Shown here: in pieces, positions 28,161 to 41,900 of the stretch | Layout: each line of letters opens with the position of its first letter | Numbering within the stretch: the stretch's first letter is position 1 | NCBI GenBank assembly: GCA_051294905.1 | Contig: CM119372.1 | Location: 9,054,001 to 9,118,000 of the forward strand | Direction: 5' to 3' | From: Botryllus schlosseri | Taxonomy: Eukaryota | Length of the DNA: 64,000 nucleotides | Made by a program: the position numbers and the translations under genes | The notes under the pieces: generated by a model | Told to the model about the DNA's origin: nothing | What the model saw: the letters and a program-made list of their open reading frames with translations, nothing else | Database searches by the model: none

Positions 28161-31100
28161 ATGAAGAATACAAGCAACAATATTACTCTAATCTTGGTGA
28201 CGATTGTTCTCAGTGCTATAGTGGCATGCGAAGGTACTATACATATGCCTATTCTATGAATTATTATTCATATTGATATTTTTAATATGAAGTTATTGTT
28301 TCGCGTTATTCTGAAGTTCTGTACCCAAATGGTTTATTCTATGAATTCTAGTTTGAATTGGCTGTCTTTTAAGAATTACGAAAGAGTTAAATTAAGGTAA
28401 TGACATTGGTTACTATGAGTATATAATATTTTTAGACTGATGCCTTCGTTCTCTTTGACATGAACTAAGCGCGCAGTCGTACTTGTCCAGTCCATGCAAC
28501 TACGTTTTCTTTATTGAGCTAGCTATATACATATACGATTGCGTCTCTGTAGGCTATGGTGACGCATATGCGTGCATTTACAATATTGTCGTGCAGTGTC
28601 CCTACACTTGCCACTATAAATTCTTGAATAGTATATTAAAATGAACCCGAATATTTTCGGCTGACACTCGTAAGGGGTAATCGTCAACAACTAGTAGAGA
28701 ATTGGAATCAACGTTGTATATCAACAATCGTATCTCGAAATATGACGTCACCAGCGTGAAATGACATATCAAATAAGAGAGCGTCCAATATACTATTTTA
28801 AGATGGTACACGAACTCCTTTTGTTGACAAAGCTTGGGCTGATGTATTTTGATAAAGGTCGACTCCAAGGCACACAGATGAAAGTGTGAGCGGCCCCTCC
28901 CGATGACGCGAAATATGTCGTCTCGATAATTATTCGCACAGGCGGGACTATCTAACAGATGTTCTTGATTCGTCAAATTAGCTCCATGTGTGCGGTATGC
29001 GAAGTCTGAAGAACTATTAAGTGTTAATGCACTGTCATTTGCACTTATCTCCCCTACAGATCCGACACTGGGGGCTTGAGGAACAAAGAACATATCGGCA
29101 ATGCGTTGTACGTTACGTAGCCAGTAAAGTTGCTGTCTCATGAATGCGCCTTCCCGCCTACACCAATTTCATCACTCTTGACCCAAATTGATGTGATGAT
29201 TTATTGAATCTCCAATTTCAATAAATCATCAGTCTGAAACCGAAAATTCATAAAGGTGTTGTGTTATGCGTACACGATAGCCATATATTATTCATCCCAT
29301 TTCTTGGCATAGATTGATCCATATCTTGATATTACTAGATTGCGGTAACGCCTACACAGGCTGTGCTTGTCTGTCGCACATTGTAATGGTAATCGGACAC
29401 GGAGTAGGGCTTTGTCGGTGTATCGTCTGTTTCGTCAGCCCTTAAAATACAATTCCTTTCAATCAACAGCTTGCCACGGAAAGCCTGCACCTGCGAGGGG
29501 CGATGGTGAAAACAAAGACGTAAGAAAAAAGAGAAGCGTGGTGTCACCCAAAGATGCCCGCAAAGACATGAGCGACTTCTTCACAGAGTGCATGTTGCGT
29601 AAAAGCGGCCCTAATATCATCCCTCAAATGCAAGCTCTGGTCGAATCTGTGTTAAGAGACTCGAACTGGTATCAAATAGTGGACAACTATATTTGCGGGT
29701 ATGTTATCATTCTTCACGGAGCTTCAAGAACTATCTTCCGGACGTGTAGGTTGAAGGTGGATCGGCAAAAATGATAAGAGCTAACTGAAAACCAACGAGG
29801 CCGATATTTAGTCAGACCTATCGTTACATCCGTTAAACCGGGCCGCAGTGTAATATAATCTGTCTTTGACAGAATTTAACAATTTTCCAGAGAAAATAAA
29901 GACACGCGTAACTGCTGGAATAGTGAAGTTGACGGACTGTTTGATTGGACATCCCCGCTACTCGGGACTCTTCGCGAATGCCTACTAGAGTATGAAGCCG
30001 GAAGAAAAACAGGTAGCATATATTGCTCGTTTGTCGAGACGAAATATTCAGTAGATAAATCTTGAAAGTTCGAGCTAGCCCTAATAAATTGTCTTGAGCT
30101 ATTGTGTTCGCATTTGCAGGCGGCTTCCGACAAAAGCGTGGAGCGAATAATTGGCCCAATTTTCAGCAACAGACCATACGACTCAACCCAGACCCACCAT
30201 GTCCCCAAGTGACGGATCAAATATACGGCTCGTGCATGGAGGAGGAGGTCAACAAGACCGCCGAATATCCATCCCTCGAAAATTTCCATTGGGAATCTAT
30301 TGCAATATTCCTGCGTGAACACTATTCAAGATGCAGGTATAGGCATTGTTGGGGCAATATGTGTGCAAGTACAGATTTACAAATATGTGACACACGACAG
30401 AACGAACTCTGCAACATGAGATAACATTTCGGGGAAGATCAATAAATTTTCGAGTGTTGCGGCGGTTCGAATCGATTATTTAGTAGGCTACTAATATTTG
30501 ACTTCAGGGTGATTTCGGGCCTTCTTAAGCCTCTACTTCTGCTCTGTGATCCATTGCTTGAGTAACATCTCTTCACTTATAATACTATATACAATAGGTT
30601 TATCTGTATTTATTTTAGACCTTCGCAACACTACCGTTCAATATAACCCAATGCGCTATTGCATCACAGATATGAACAAGTGGATGCGCCCTGGACGCCA
30701 GAAGGATTTTACTATCGCAAAAAGTGTCCTCCGTACCGCTACAAGACGACTAGCGGCGAGATGGCACAATCTGCATCACAGCAATGCGTCCCGTTTCTCC
30801 TTCAAGAGTTTATAAGGGAGGAATCCCCATTACAAACACCCTCCGACGATTGCAATGAATTGTAAATATTGCTAGTTCAGCATGCTATACAAAACCTGTA
30901 TATCGTGGCAGTACCATGCAACCATTCTGTAGTTTCAGAAATGTCTCATTCATTCTGGAGGGAGATAATCCTGTTGAGGAGGAGCGAACTTCATCCTGGG
31001 AAGCTGAAGTCCGGCGTTATGGACCCCGCGGAAAACATGACGGAGCTGGTACGTAAATCCTACTATACGCTATCAAATCAAAATCTGTACTATATTTATC

Positions 31101-32572
31101 GCAATTTTATCGCCAATAAGACATTGTGACTTCGTAAGATAGCATGCAATAAGAATATATCAGGAGGTGAATAACCAATATTTTATTAGAGTTACAATGT
31201 GACTATATACGTAATGAATAAAATGATGTCTTCACCTCCGTCAGATATACTTGGATACTGTGATCCGAAGGCGTACTTCACGGCATGGTTCAACAACATC
31301 ACGGAGGACGGAACCGGGGACTTCGAGCTACTGTCCGAAATCCGCAGGCGAAATGCGACGATATGCAGGCAACCAACTGGAATTCAGATACGAGTCGCGC
31401 AAAATGACGAACCATGGTATACGTCTGGGAACAATTTCAAAACAATGTCACCTAACGAGGGACTGCGATGTTTGAACTCAATGCAGCATCACAAGCCTTG
31501 CGCCGATTTCAAAGTCCGGTTTTGTTGCTTCGGTGAGTCATCGAAAGTTGTAGCCATAAACTGTAAGCAGACCAAATAACCATCGCCTTGTGACCACTAA
31601 CTCTGTTCTCATCGCACACAGCTAAAATAGACTTATTTATCAACTTATATCCACTTCATTGTTGCTATCATCAATGTATATTATGCCGCTATATCTCCAG
31701 TGTAATGAAAATTAATTATAACCCTAACACAATATTCTATGACATTTGCACATTAAAATTATGTACTACAATATGCAATAGCATGAACACAGATTCCGTA
31801 TATGTAATGTTGGGAATTTTCCTTCTCCCCAACAGCGATACGCATACACAAATACTTTTTTTTAAATTCGATAGTCCGGTAACCTTAATCGGTGACTCAT
31901 TTGTAAAATAATACTACGATTTTCTGAGTTACACTGTATCAGTACCATCAGCTCTCACAAGCCCGTGAGCTTAGGATCGTGATTTAGACAGGGATTGTAT
32001 GACAATGTCTACTTCTACTTTTGTTTTTTACACGAAATAGTTTCCGAAACAGGCAGCACATCGACTAACAAATATCCTAGGACGCCGACAACAGTTGGAA
32101 CATGCGGGCAAAACGACAGATGGGGATATTGGCGCAACATCGATTCTTCATCTGGTAAAGCACCCTAATTGTCATTTTTCATTATTTGTATACAACGATA
32201 CAAAGTACACCTATTCATTCGTTAGGACAACAATCATAAAGTTATTTATTGAATTCGTGATATTCATCAGGTAACGGTGGCGACCTTGAGTACTTCCGCA
32301 GCTACGGAATGCCAGATTGCGAGCCAGTAGCAGTTCAAGGTCGCATCAGGGGCAGCAACAGGCCTTACACCCAAGCTCACAACAATTTACAAACGGAAGA
32401 CCCGAAGCTAGGTATCGTATGCAAGGACGACATGCAACCCAAGGAAAGACCCTGCCGCGATTTTGAAGTGAGATTCTGCTGCAAAAACGGACGTGGAATA
32501 CTTTCAACTACAGCACGCCCTGTGACAAAACGCCCAACCCCGACTGCAAGTACAATGGTGGTCATTAGATGA
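28161..32572 (+). CDS. Secreted protein with two WxxW/CysD (Mucin2_WxxW, CILP/mucin-like) domains, ~550 aa, 9 exons
   Basis: Phase-consistent GT-AG exons 28161-28233 (signal peptide, least certain), 29470-29698, 29891-30012, 30120-30336, 30670-30861, 30933-31048, 31245-31532, 32041-32154, 32271-32572; domains FTAWFN..GDFE...GLRCLN..Q...CADFKVRFCC and WGYWRN..GGDLE...CRDFEVRFCC. Confidence 0.75.
28625..28965 (-). mobile_element. Penelope-like element 3' fragment (GIY-YIG endonuclease C-terminus + pLTR)
   Basis: EHLLDSPACANNY..DIFRVIGRGRSHFHLCALESTFIKIHQPKLCQQKEFVYHL, followed by sequence homologous to 22901-23232. Confidence 0.75.
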
Positions 32573-32589
32573 GCTTTGTGCTACTAGAA

Positions 32590-33369
32590 CAGTGGTTCTC
32601 AACCTTTTTGTCTTCGCGGACCTCTTTTGGACCGTCGCGGACCCCCGCGGACCCCAAAGTTTTAGTTCAAATTTAGGTCTTTTATCGTGCAACCGTCATC
32701 TGTCCTGTGCAAATGTTAACTGTGGGCTTGTGATAAACAACTACAAAATGACCATTCTATCATGTATAACTTGGGAATACTTTTGGTATTGCAAAGCGAA
32801 ATCTGTGCTTGAAATACGCGGTCGTCTCTTGAAATTCCGCGCCGTCTATTTGATATGAACAAGTGCCGAAAATCGATTTCCACAAAGATAGGTTGTGGCG
32901 AATGTAATGATAACGCGCAACTCTTCCGACAACAGTTTTGGGCGTGATCACAATATATATGACATCAAAATTGAGAAAATTTTTTTTAGTGTGAACATAT
33001 AACGTCCAGCATAGGGATTTCCATCTAACAGCTATAATCTTGATATTATCATTATATCACAATAGAAAATGGATTTTTGCGAACAATTTTTTCCAAAACC
33101 TTAACAAAACATATCTAAACAGCAATACTTTAACATATCATAGGCTATTGTCAATTTGGAAATTAAAATGAGTTTGCACAGTAGAAGCTCATCTCAGACG
33201 GCCGTTTTGTTTATGTGAGTTAAGAAGTTTCAGGAGTTATGAAACGAAACTGTCTCGTCATTTCTCTAATTAAAAAAATACAAGTTAGGTTATCAACCAT
33301 TTTGCAAATTCGGAGGTTTCGCGGACCCCCCTGAAAATGCTTCGCGGACCCCCGGGTTGAGAACCACTG
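32590..33369. mobile_element. hAT Charlie-type MITE just 3' of the WxxW gene stop
   Basis: TIR CAGTGGTTCTCAACC / GGTTGAGAACCACTG; perfect TSD TACTAGAA; GCGGACCC subterminal repeats. Confidence 0.9.
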
Positions 33370-33690
33370 TACTAGAATGAACAATATGGACTGTAACGGT
33401 TGTTATTGTATAACACATTGTTCGTTACAAACTTCCACGCCAAAGCTATATACGCCGGACCCGAAACCCCCGGAAAAGCCTTAAGGATCCATAACACATC
33501 CCTGCAACGTAGTCTTGTTTTCATCTACGATTCCGCGTATATATTGAAGCTATGAATATTATTACTTGTAATGTGTAAACATTTCATTATTAATTATTAT
33601 TAAATATGGGCAATACCCCACATGCACATTGCACAATTGTACAATGTACAATATACACATGGGCGCTGGAACTTCATTTTGTGTGTTCGG

Positions 33691-34029
33691 TAGGGTTACC
33701 ATATTTTGGAATCGGGAAGGTAGGACACTTTTGCCAAATCGTAAAAGTTATACTTGATCGAGACTGAAAACGGCCGATTTTGCGATATTTTCTCAAAAAA
33801 AGGTCGTCACTTCCGTTCGAGCCACGAATTTCCCTCTAGAACTGCTATGTTAGCTATTTCCCGTCATTTCTGCTGATTTTCAGTCGAACCTGTAATTATC
33901 CTAGCTGTAAAAGCTGTAAAGGAAGACGAATTGCCAAAAAAGAGGACATTTAGGCGTCCTCGGATGACATTTTGAAAAACCGGAAAAAGGAGGACTAATC
34001 CTCCTAAAGGAGGACGTATGGTAACCCTA
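33691..34029. mobile_element. hAT (Blackjack-type) MITE
   Basis: TIR TAGGGTTACCATA / TATGGTAACCCTA; TSD gtgttcgg/ttgttcgg; AGGAC repeats. Confidence 0.8.
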
Positions 34030-35162
34030 TTGTTCGGATCAATTAAGTCACTACCGTCGAGACACAATTCCTTTCAAATTTCGGCTCAAGTCACGTCAAG
34101 TCACTCGATTTTTATAGGTCATTCGAGTCTAGATAAGCCAAGTAGAGTCAAGTCAAGTCACAAAGTCATGTGGAATATTCGAAGTACGAGGCATGATTCA
34201 AGTCATTGCATTTTGCAAAATGATTGAAGTACAGATTGGGTCGTTATTATTTCTGAGTTGAGTAACGAATATCGATTTAATTATACCTTCAAGGGGGCGT
34301 TGTATGGGCTCACATTGAACTGATAAAATTGCTAATAAACCAATGATGATGATGATGATGATAGCATGATGCGCGAAGCGTGTAGAAAATATTTACTTTT
34401 GAAAAAGCTATCGCAAATTATTCTGTTTATTGTAGTGTATGAAGATCTACCAATATGTGACTGGCTCATGGATCGGCCAATGCTTCGGAACTGATATTTT
34501 AGTCATCACATTCTTTGTTTATTTATTATAGTTGTGCTCACCGTAAATACTATTTTATTCAAATCCAAATTTTTCGACGGCAATAACTCCGCTTCCACGG
34601 GTTGAAATTGAATCAAATTTGGTGAGAGAACGGTGATTTGAGAAAAACAGTCATTTTTGAAGAGCCCTAGTGAGGATAGCCATACCATCTTAGTTTCACT
34701 GCCAGCCACGCGCAGTTTCACTGCAGCCTAGTTCCAACAAACCGAAATAATAACCTCAGCGGCGGGGATATTTGTTAACAGGTATAATTTTATTAAGTTT
34801 ACTTCTGAATTCTCAAATTCGTGTCCGATATTAAACGTTGCGCTCCACGCCTACATTTTAACGACAGTGCTGAGAGCCTGATACGTTACCTAACAATCGC
34901 AATGTGGTTCAGTGGATGCCTATGTTTGTAGTTCGAATTTGTAGACGTGAACATCACTTTCAAGGGAGTTCATTTGTCGCTAGGCATTAGGAAAACAAGG
35001 ATTTTAAAATCGTATTCTCACGCAGGCGCCGCCATGTCTGCGTTCCTCTCCTCAAGGCACGCGATATCGGGTAAAGCGGATTCGCGAGTGTGTGATTATC
35101 TCTTACTACTATCTCTCTCTCTAGTAGTTTCCCTAAACGCATGAGTGATCTCGTCTTCTTGT

Positions 35163-36889
35163 TGTTGTGATTGTGCAACGTGCGTGCATGTATGTATCAG
35201 CACCCACGTCTTGTGAGTTGTTGGAACAATAGGGATTAGGCTAGTCGATGCGACTGTTCTTTTGTATTTCAGTTTGATCATTTATTACGGTATTTAACCT
35301 ATGAATAAATGCAAAGTTGCACATGATCAAACTTAATACAACCAAATACGAAGTTCTTCACCCTCGGATGTGACGATCTTATCATCTGCACTGACCATAA
35401 ACCTTTGGTAAAAATCTTTGGGGACCGCTCCCTTGATGAAATTACTAACACAAGGATTTTTCGTCTGAAGCAGCGCACATTGTCATGGCGCTTCCGTGTC
35501 GTCCATGTTCCTGGCAAACTCATTCCTGCATCTGATGCGTTCTCCAGGCACCCTGCTTCCTCATCTCCCGTGGATGACATGCCATTGGATCACTGCGACA
35601 GTATCGTGGCTTCTCATGAGGACACCAATCTGATTGAAATCAGCATCGTGGCCGCCTCCCGAGCATCATTGAATGCCATTGAAGTTGTCTCCTGGGACGA
35701 TGTAAAGCGCAGTACGGCATACGATCCTGTTCTCAGTGAGTTAAAAAATCACATCATATCAGGATTCCCAGACAAATCGGACAAACTGCCTTTTCAACTA
35801 CAATCATATTGGCGGTACCGCGACGACCTTTCGATCGTAGACGATGTTGTCATGTATAATGACCGGATTGTCGTTCCCCCGCCGCTGCGAGGGGTTATCT
35901 GTGAAATCTTACACTCGGCACACCAAGGGACTGCTGCCATGTCACAGAGGGCGCAGGCCACAGTATTTTGGCCTGGGATGACTGAGTGTATAGCACGTAC
36001 ACGAGCACGTTGTGACAACTGCAGTAAAATGGCACCGAGTCAAGCATACATGCCTCCGGCCGAGCCATTCATACCGACCTACCCTTTCCAAGCTGTTGCC
36101 GCTGATTATTGCACCGCCGCAGGCCACCACTATTTAGTCGTTGTTGACCGCTTCAGCAACTGGCCAGAGATATTCCATGTGAAGCACGGTGGGCAAACGT
36201 CTGGAGCCCTCGGACTCCAAGATGCATTACGAAGTTACTTCGGCACGTTTGGTGTGGCCGAAGAACTTAGCAGTGACGGGGGACCCGAGTTTGCTGCGCA
36301 CAGCACTCGGGAAATTTTTCGAAAATGGGGGGTGCGCCACAGGCTGTCGTCAGCCTACCACTCCAGGTCAAATGGCCGCGCCGAGGCTGCGGTGAAATCG
36401 ATGAAACGACTCCTTCTCGGCAACATTTCGCAGGATGGCAGCATCCGGACTGATGCAATTACTCGGGCATTGCTACAGTTTCGCAATTGCCCCGACCCTG
36501 CGAATGGACTCTCCCCTGCAGAAATAGTATTTGGCAGGACTTTGAAAGATGCGTTGCCGATCAAAGCATGGGTTCCAGTTTTCACACAGCGCAACATCAG
36601 GCCATTATGGAGGAATCTCTGGCAGAGTCGCGAGCAAACGTTACGTACCAGATTTGCGAAGCAGCTGGAATCTCTGTCGTTGAACACTAAGCCATTATCA
36701 CCACTTCTTGAAGGTGATGTCTGTCGCATTCAAAACCAAAACGGTCGTTATCCCCTTCGCTGGGACAGAACCGGCACTGTGGTTCAGTGCCGAGACCATG
36801 ACCAGTACCTCGTGAAAGTGGACGGTTCCGGCAGATTGACGCTACGTAACAGGAAATTTCTACGCAAGATTGAGCCGGGGGGGTATTGA
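35163..36889 (+). mobile_element. Gypsy LTR retrotransposon fragment: RNase H C-terminus + HHCC zinc finger + DDE integrase (ORF 35405-36889)
   Basis: TDHKPL just upstream; HVPGK..ASDAFSR; LHSAHQG...CDNC; ADY, SSDGGPEF, SNGRAEAAVK, LSPAEIVFGR, RNRKFLR; LTR-like TG...AATAAA segment at 35163-35344. Confidence 0.88.
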
Positions 36890-37071
36890 TTGCGGGCATG
36901 TGAGCAATCTTGACTAGTCAAACGTAAAAACTTCAGATCGAGCCCGATTTAGAGTATTGATCATTTGCTATGGAATAGAATTATTTCGCGTATAATTTCA
37001 AAATTGCGAAGAAATCTCTCGCGGCACCCTTGCCAGACGTAAACGGCACGCCGGTTGAGAACCACTGGACT

Positions 37072-37731
37072 CAGGGCCGTAACAGCACTTCGTCAGGCCC
37101 CCCCAAAAAAAACTTTGGTCTTGGGCCCCCATAGAGTTATAGACCGAACTTCTGGGGGGCGAAGCCCTCCGACGATACCCTGTTTACCGCTATTTATCAT
37201 ATTCGTTGGGAGTTTATTTGGATTAATCAGCTTCTGTCGCCTAAGCGCGCGAAATTTCTAGAATTCATGACTGAATTGGTCAGTATGATGGGGAATTGCA
37301 TATATATTGTCATCAATTTTTATCTTCTCTATGCTCACGTAATCAGATTTGCCGGTAGAGCTGAGTGAGGTGTGTTTAAAAAGGTAGGACCACTCAATAA
37401 TAATTAAACATCTTCGGGCGTATACCCGTTGGCAGGAACGAAACAGCACCTCGTCAGGCCCCCACAAACGTGGGTCTTGGGCTCCCATAGGGTGATGAAA
37501 CGACCCCTCCATCACGTTGTTCGCGTTTGTCACGAAATCATCTGTAGGCTACTGTATTGTGAGCCAGCGCGAAGCGCGAAAATTATCTATATGATAAAAT
37601 CGGTCAATCAGATCGGCGATTGCATATATATTATGCTATCAATTTATTATCCTCTCTACTCACGTAATTAGATTTACCGGTAGAGCTGAGTGAAGTGTCT
37701 TGAAAACGGGAGGGCCCGTAGATAATAATTA
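37072..37731 (+). mobile_element. hAT-like terminus with internal tandem duplication, truncated by the CACTA-type insertion
   Basis: cagggccgtaac...cgtcaggcccc units at 37072 and 37433 with homologous bodies; the second stops at taataatta, where the first continues. Confidence 0.55.
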
Positions 37732-38563
37732 CCCAGCAAACACAGAATATATTGCATATATATTGTGTATATGTCTCAACTACTTGAAAATATATCTAGT
37801 CATATGTATTGTTTATATAAATCTGTCGACACATTTGCACATATATAGGATATCTTCAATGATACCTGTATGACATTGTCATCATATCTTGCTTGACCCT
37901 AGATGACCCCTGACCCTAGTTAGGTACCTGGACCTGCCACATCCTGCAATGCCCTTATCAAGGAAGACTGACTGATAATTTTACAAATCATGCATGGCTT
38001 TGTTCGTGTATTAAATCAGCACAGAACTGCGCAATCACTTCAGCAAATATTGCTGCCTAAGCATAAGTTCGAAATCGTTGTCGGAATTGTCAGACTCTGT
38101 GATGACAGCCTTGTTCCTGTTATCTTCTTTATCGCCACCCTATAACATAAACGAGTAGATTAGTACAATTGATTATTATCACTGTAGAATAAAAGTTGTT
38201 CTGTGTTTGGTTGTGAGTAAAGTGGGATGGTGGTCTAAGTCACATTCACCAAAAGACTTGAAGTCCTCTTTCAAAAGCAACATGACCTTTACTTTCACAC
38301 TGAAGATATAATCAACGCAGTTACGCTGTCAAGATGAGACACCAGAACCTGTTCAATAATGCCTGTCATTATAGAGATGATTTTCATGCTATTGGCGTCA
38401 TGAAGTGGCTGCTGCTGGAAACAGATTTCAAAACCTATAGTTTGGGCACGGGGTGAAGATTGTTCTCCACATTATTATTTTATTGTTAATATGGTAATCG
38501 TTGCCTGTGAGAGGCTGATGTGATATTGATCGCTCCTTCCATGCACGACACAGCAAATATATG

Positions 38564-38846
38564 CAGTGGTTCCCAAACTGTGGTCTGCGAGACAATTTTT
38601 ATGACTGCGTAGTACCTTCCAGAAATTCACACGATCCAGAAATTTAAATTCCTTGAGTATAAAAATCTTTAGACAGGGTATTGTCTAAACTAAAATCGAA
38701 GTTGCTTAAAATTATTTTGTAAATCAACACAAAGTAGAGTTATTCAAATTAAATTTTAATCTCCCCATGCGAGACAAATGCGACCCGCGGAGGGAAATTG
38801 TAAAGGTCTGTCTCGTAAATTTTCTTGTAAAGTTGGGGGACCACTG
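38564..38846. mobile_element. hAT Charlie-type MITE
   Basis: TIR cagtggttcccaaact / agttgggggaccactg; TSD not clean. Confidence 0.6.
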
Positions 38847-38955
38847 ATATACAATGTTCTGAAGAAGAGCGGTAACAACAATTCACTTAGAGTTCAATAA
38901 TATCATCAAAGACACAACTGTCACACCACACAGGCTTAACTTAACAACAAAATTA

Positions 38956-41900
38956 CCTTGCAAGATCCAGCAACAGTTAGAGATCTTGCAACCTGATCTT
39001 TAGTTCTTTTATCTGGGATCTCGAGGTCAGGATGAGCCGATCTGCATGCTCCTAAAAAGAGATATAACTAGATGAAGATGTCCACTGTCCAGTCATGGTA
39101 TATTATACATCAGACAACGAACAAGTTTCATTGATATAAGAGACTCTTGGAGGTAAAGAATTCCAATATACTATTGAATAATATATTCATATTGCAATAA
39201 TATATTCAATTGCAGCTGAATATTTTCTGCTAAAACTCATTAACAACTAGAGTAGGGGGGGGTGGGGGAATTTGAGTATATTTTCAAGTTCGAGCAGCTG
39301 TCATATTCATAAACTGCCCAATAAAAAGGTTGTTGGTTGATATTTGTTACATTGTATGGTTGAATTTTTGATTGCAAATAGTTTGAGGATTCAATCAGCT
39401 AAGAGTAGAAAAATATCGCAATTTTTTTTTTCGAAATTAGTATACTCAATTTACCCCAATTTTGTGGGAAAATTGAGTATACTGTCCAAATAGCACTAGA
39501 AGTAAGCCTTATCCCCATGCTATACCCAAATGAGTCATTGTATGGGAAAATTGAGTATATTAACAAGTTTGTAAAAAAGAAACTGGAACAAAATCTGCTA
39601 CGGTTGGTTCAAGAGAAGCTTTTTCAGAACGAACCGCAGAACGAAATAATTCAATGGTGATGTTTTACCAACTGTTTGCATTTAAATCAAATATGAGAAC
39701 CCCTCTTCTTCCTGGAATTGGTGCTCTGACTTTTCCAATTACTTCATTGAATGAAATATTCTCCATATCAATGTTGCAGGGATAGAAAAATATACATCCT
39801 GTTGGTTGCCGGCTCTGTTCGTACCGAACAAAATTAATCTCCAGTGTTTCTCCTCCACCCATCACATTTTCTACTTGACCCAGAAACTTTCTCTGTCCAT
39901 ATTGAATAACAAGCCAGTCTAACTCTTTGATCTCCTCTTTCCTAACCTTCTCTACTCCCACCAAGTCCTCTACTCCTCTCAAGTCTGTCTCGGAACTGCT
40001 TGTAGATTGTGTGGCTTCTTCCTCCTCGTCAACATGACTGGCCACAACTTTATTGGTTTTTCCACCTCTGCGCTTAAGCTTTCTTACTGTCTCCTCCTCT
40101 TGAAGTCTGGCCATGCTCTCTTCCGATGTCAGCACCTCACCAGTTTTGGCCTGAACACGTCTCCGTTTCGCATTGTGATTATCTAAAGCAGTTCTGGTTT
40201 CTTTTGAAATTGCTGGTGACACTACTCTCGTAATAGCCTGTGTCAAATTTCTCACCACATCGCTTTCTTCGACAATTTCATGCTGAACACGATCAACTGC
40301 CTTGTTTTTTACTATGTCAGCATTGACTGGGTAAAGTCCACTTCCTTTATAACAGCTTTTTCCTACCTTAATTTCCTTTACTGCCTGTTGCAATTGCTGT
40401 GTTGTGTATTTAGGAGTTCGCTTTTTCTTATAATTCCTGGGCATATCTTTTGACTGTTTTAACAATTGTATTCTATAATATTTAACAAAACCTGCATAAC
40501 AAGATTCAATTGAGTATTTGCAACCCCTCTGATAATCGTGGGACAGAGAAATTCCGCATTCAATGGTATACTCAATTTACCCGCCACTTATGGCATACTA
40601 TAACCAAAATACCCCAAAAAATTATTTTTCAAATTAAAACTTACTCACACCACCATTGACAATATCCATAGCTATACCCTGTAGTATGATCAACTATCAC
40701 TACTTGAGTGGTATATCGTTTTGCAACAACCATTTTTATGTCACCTGTTAAGAAGTTGAAAAACAGTGTTAAAAATGAAAAAATGCGTCACAAATTTTCA
40801 ATTGCATGTGTAAGCTATAATTTTCCTGCAAGGAAATTGGTTATTAGTCTTATCTATAGCTTGCATAGTGAGCTACTGAATGAAGGCAGAACTGACAAAT
40901 TTGAAGCAGAAATGTTGGACCAGCGGAAGTTTTAGTCAAATGTACTCAAATTTCCCCACCTACTCAAGTTCCCCCACCCCCCCCCCCCTACTAAAGTAGG
41001 TAACTTAGCAAATCACGACATCAGTATTCGTATTACCAAATATGACGTCAAACGATTAAAATGTTGAAAAATCGAGGCTAGGGCTCAACTTTTTTTTACG
41101 TTGATTACGTTTAATTCCCGTCAATAACCGTTGATAACTTACGTCTAATAGTCTTTTCAAGTGTCACTCTTGTTGTTTTGACCCTTAAGACTGGTTTTTC
41201 CTACTTTCTTTACAGCTATGCGGGTCATCATATTTCCGACAGTTTCCGGCAATTGTACACCCCGGATTCCCATTAAAGCGGCTACCTGTAAAACATTATA
41301 TTAGTGGTACACAATACAGATGGTACTGCCTTGCATGAATGGTTTGCACCAGAATTAACAATAACATTTATGGGCATTCTAGATAAAACCATCCACACCA
41401 TAAATTTCATGGTCACGCTAATCAAAGGCTTGGTTGACTTTGCGATTTCGCAATAAATTACATTGGCAATTCAATTTTTGATAATAGAACTAATTTCGAA
41501 AAGGACCCCTGCTGTGTCTGAAAATGATTCCTTGGTGTCGGCGGACACCCCTGATTTAGACTGTCAATCGCTTTGTTCGAATGAGAAACAAAAACATACC
41601 AGTTCAGACTTTGCCGTTGTTCAAAGGTGTTCCAGCTGTGACAAGGTTTCACAGGGATCTTCAATTATATCTTCCAGTAAAATTGGGGCACTCGATTGAG
41701 GTCTTTTGGAGTCATTGTCGATATGATGTCTGAGGAAATCCATCATCTGGTTTTTCTGCAACTTTATGTCTTTGATGCTCAAGCTAAAAAGGATTCGATT
41801 ACAAGAAAGTTGGATTGACCATCATATGTGATAAACTTACCATTACTTTATGACAGGCCACATTGTTGATGGTCAAAATTTTGTAGTTCAACGATGATTT

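Noticed and set aside
29339..29388. Possible extra exon of the WxxW gene (DCGNAYTGCACLSHIVM)
   Set aside because: Its exit phase (0) does not fit the phase-1 acceptor at 29470; left out pending transcript data
30546..30815. ORF DLRNTTVQYNPMRYC... as an exon frame
   Set aside because: Phase mismatch with the preceding exon and ends in a stop; the frame starting at 30670 fits both neighbours
37926..38440. Minus-strand exon-like pieces near the CACTA-type end
   Set aside because: Splice-like boundaries present but frames are broken and no family could be assigned with confidence
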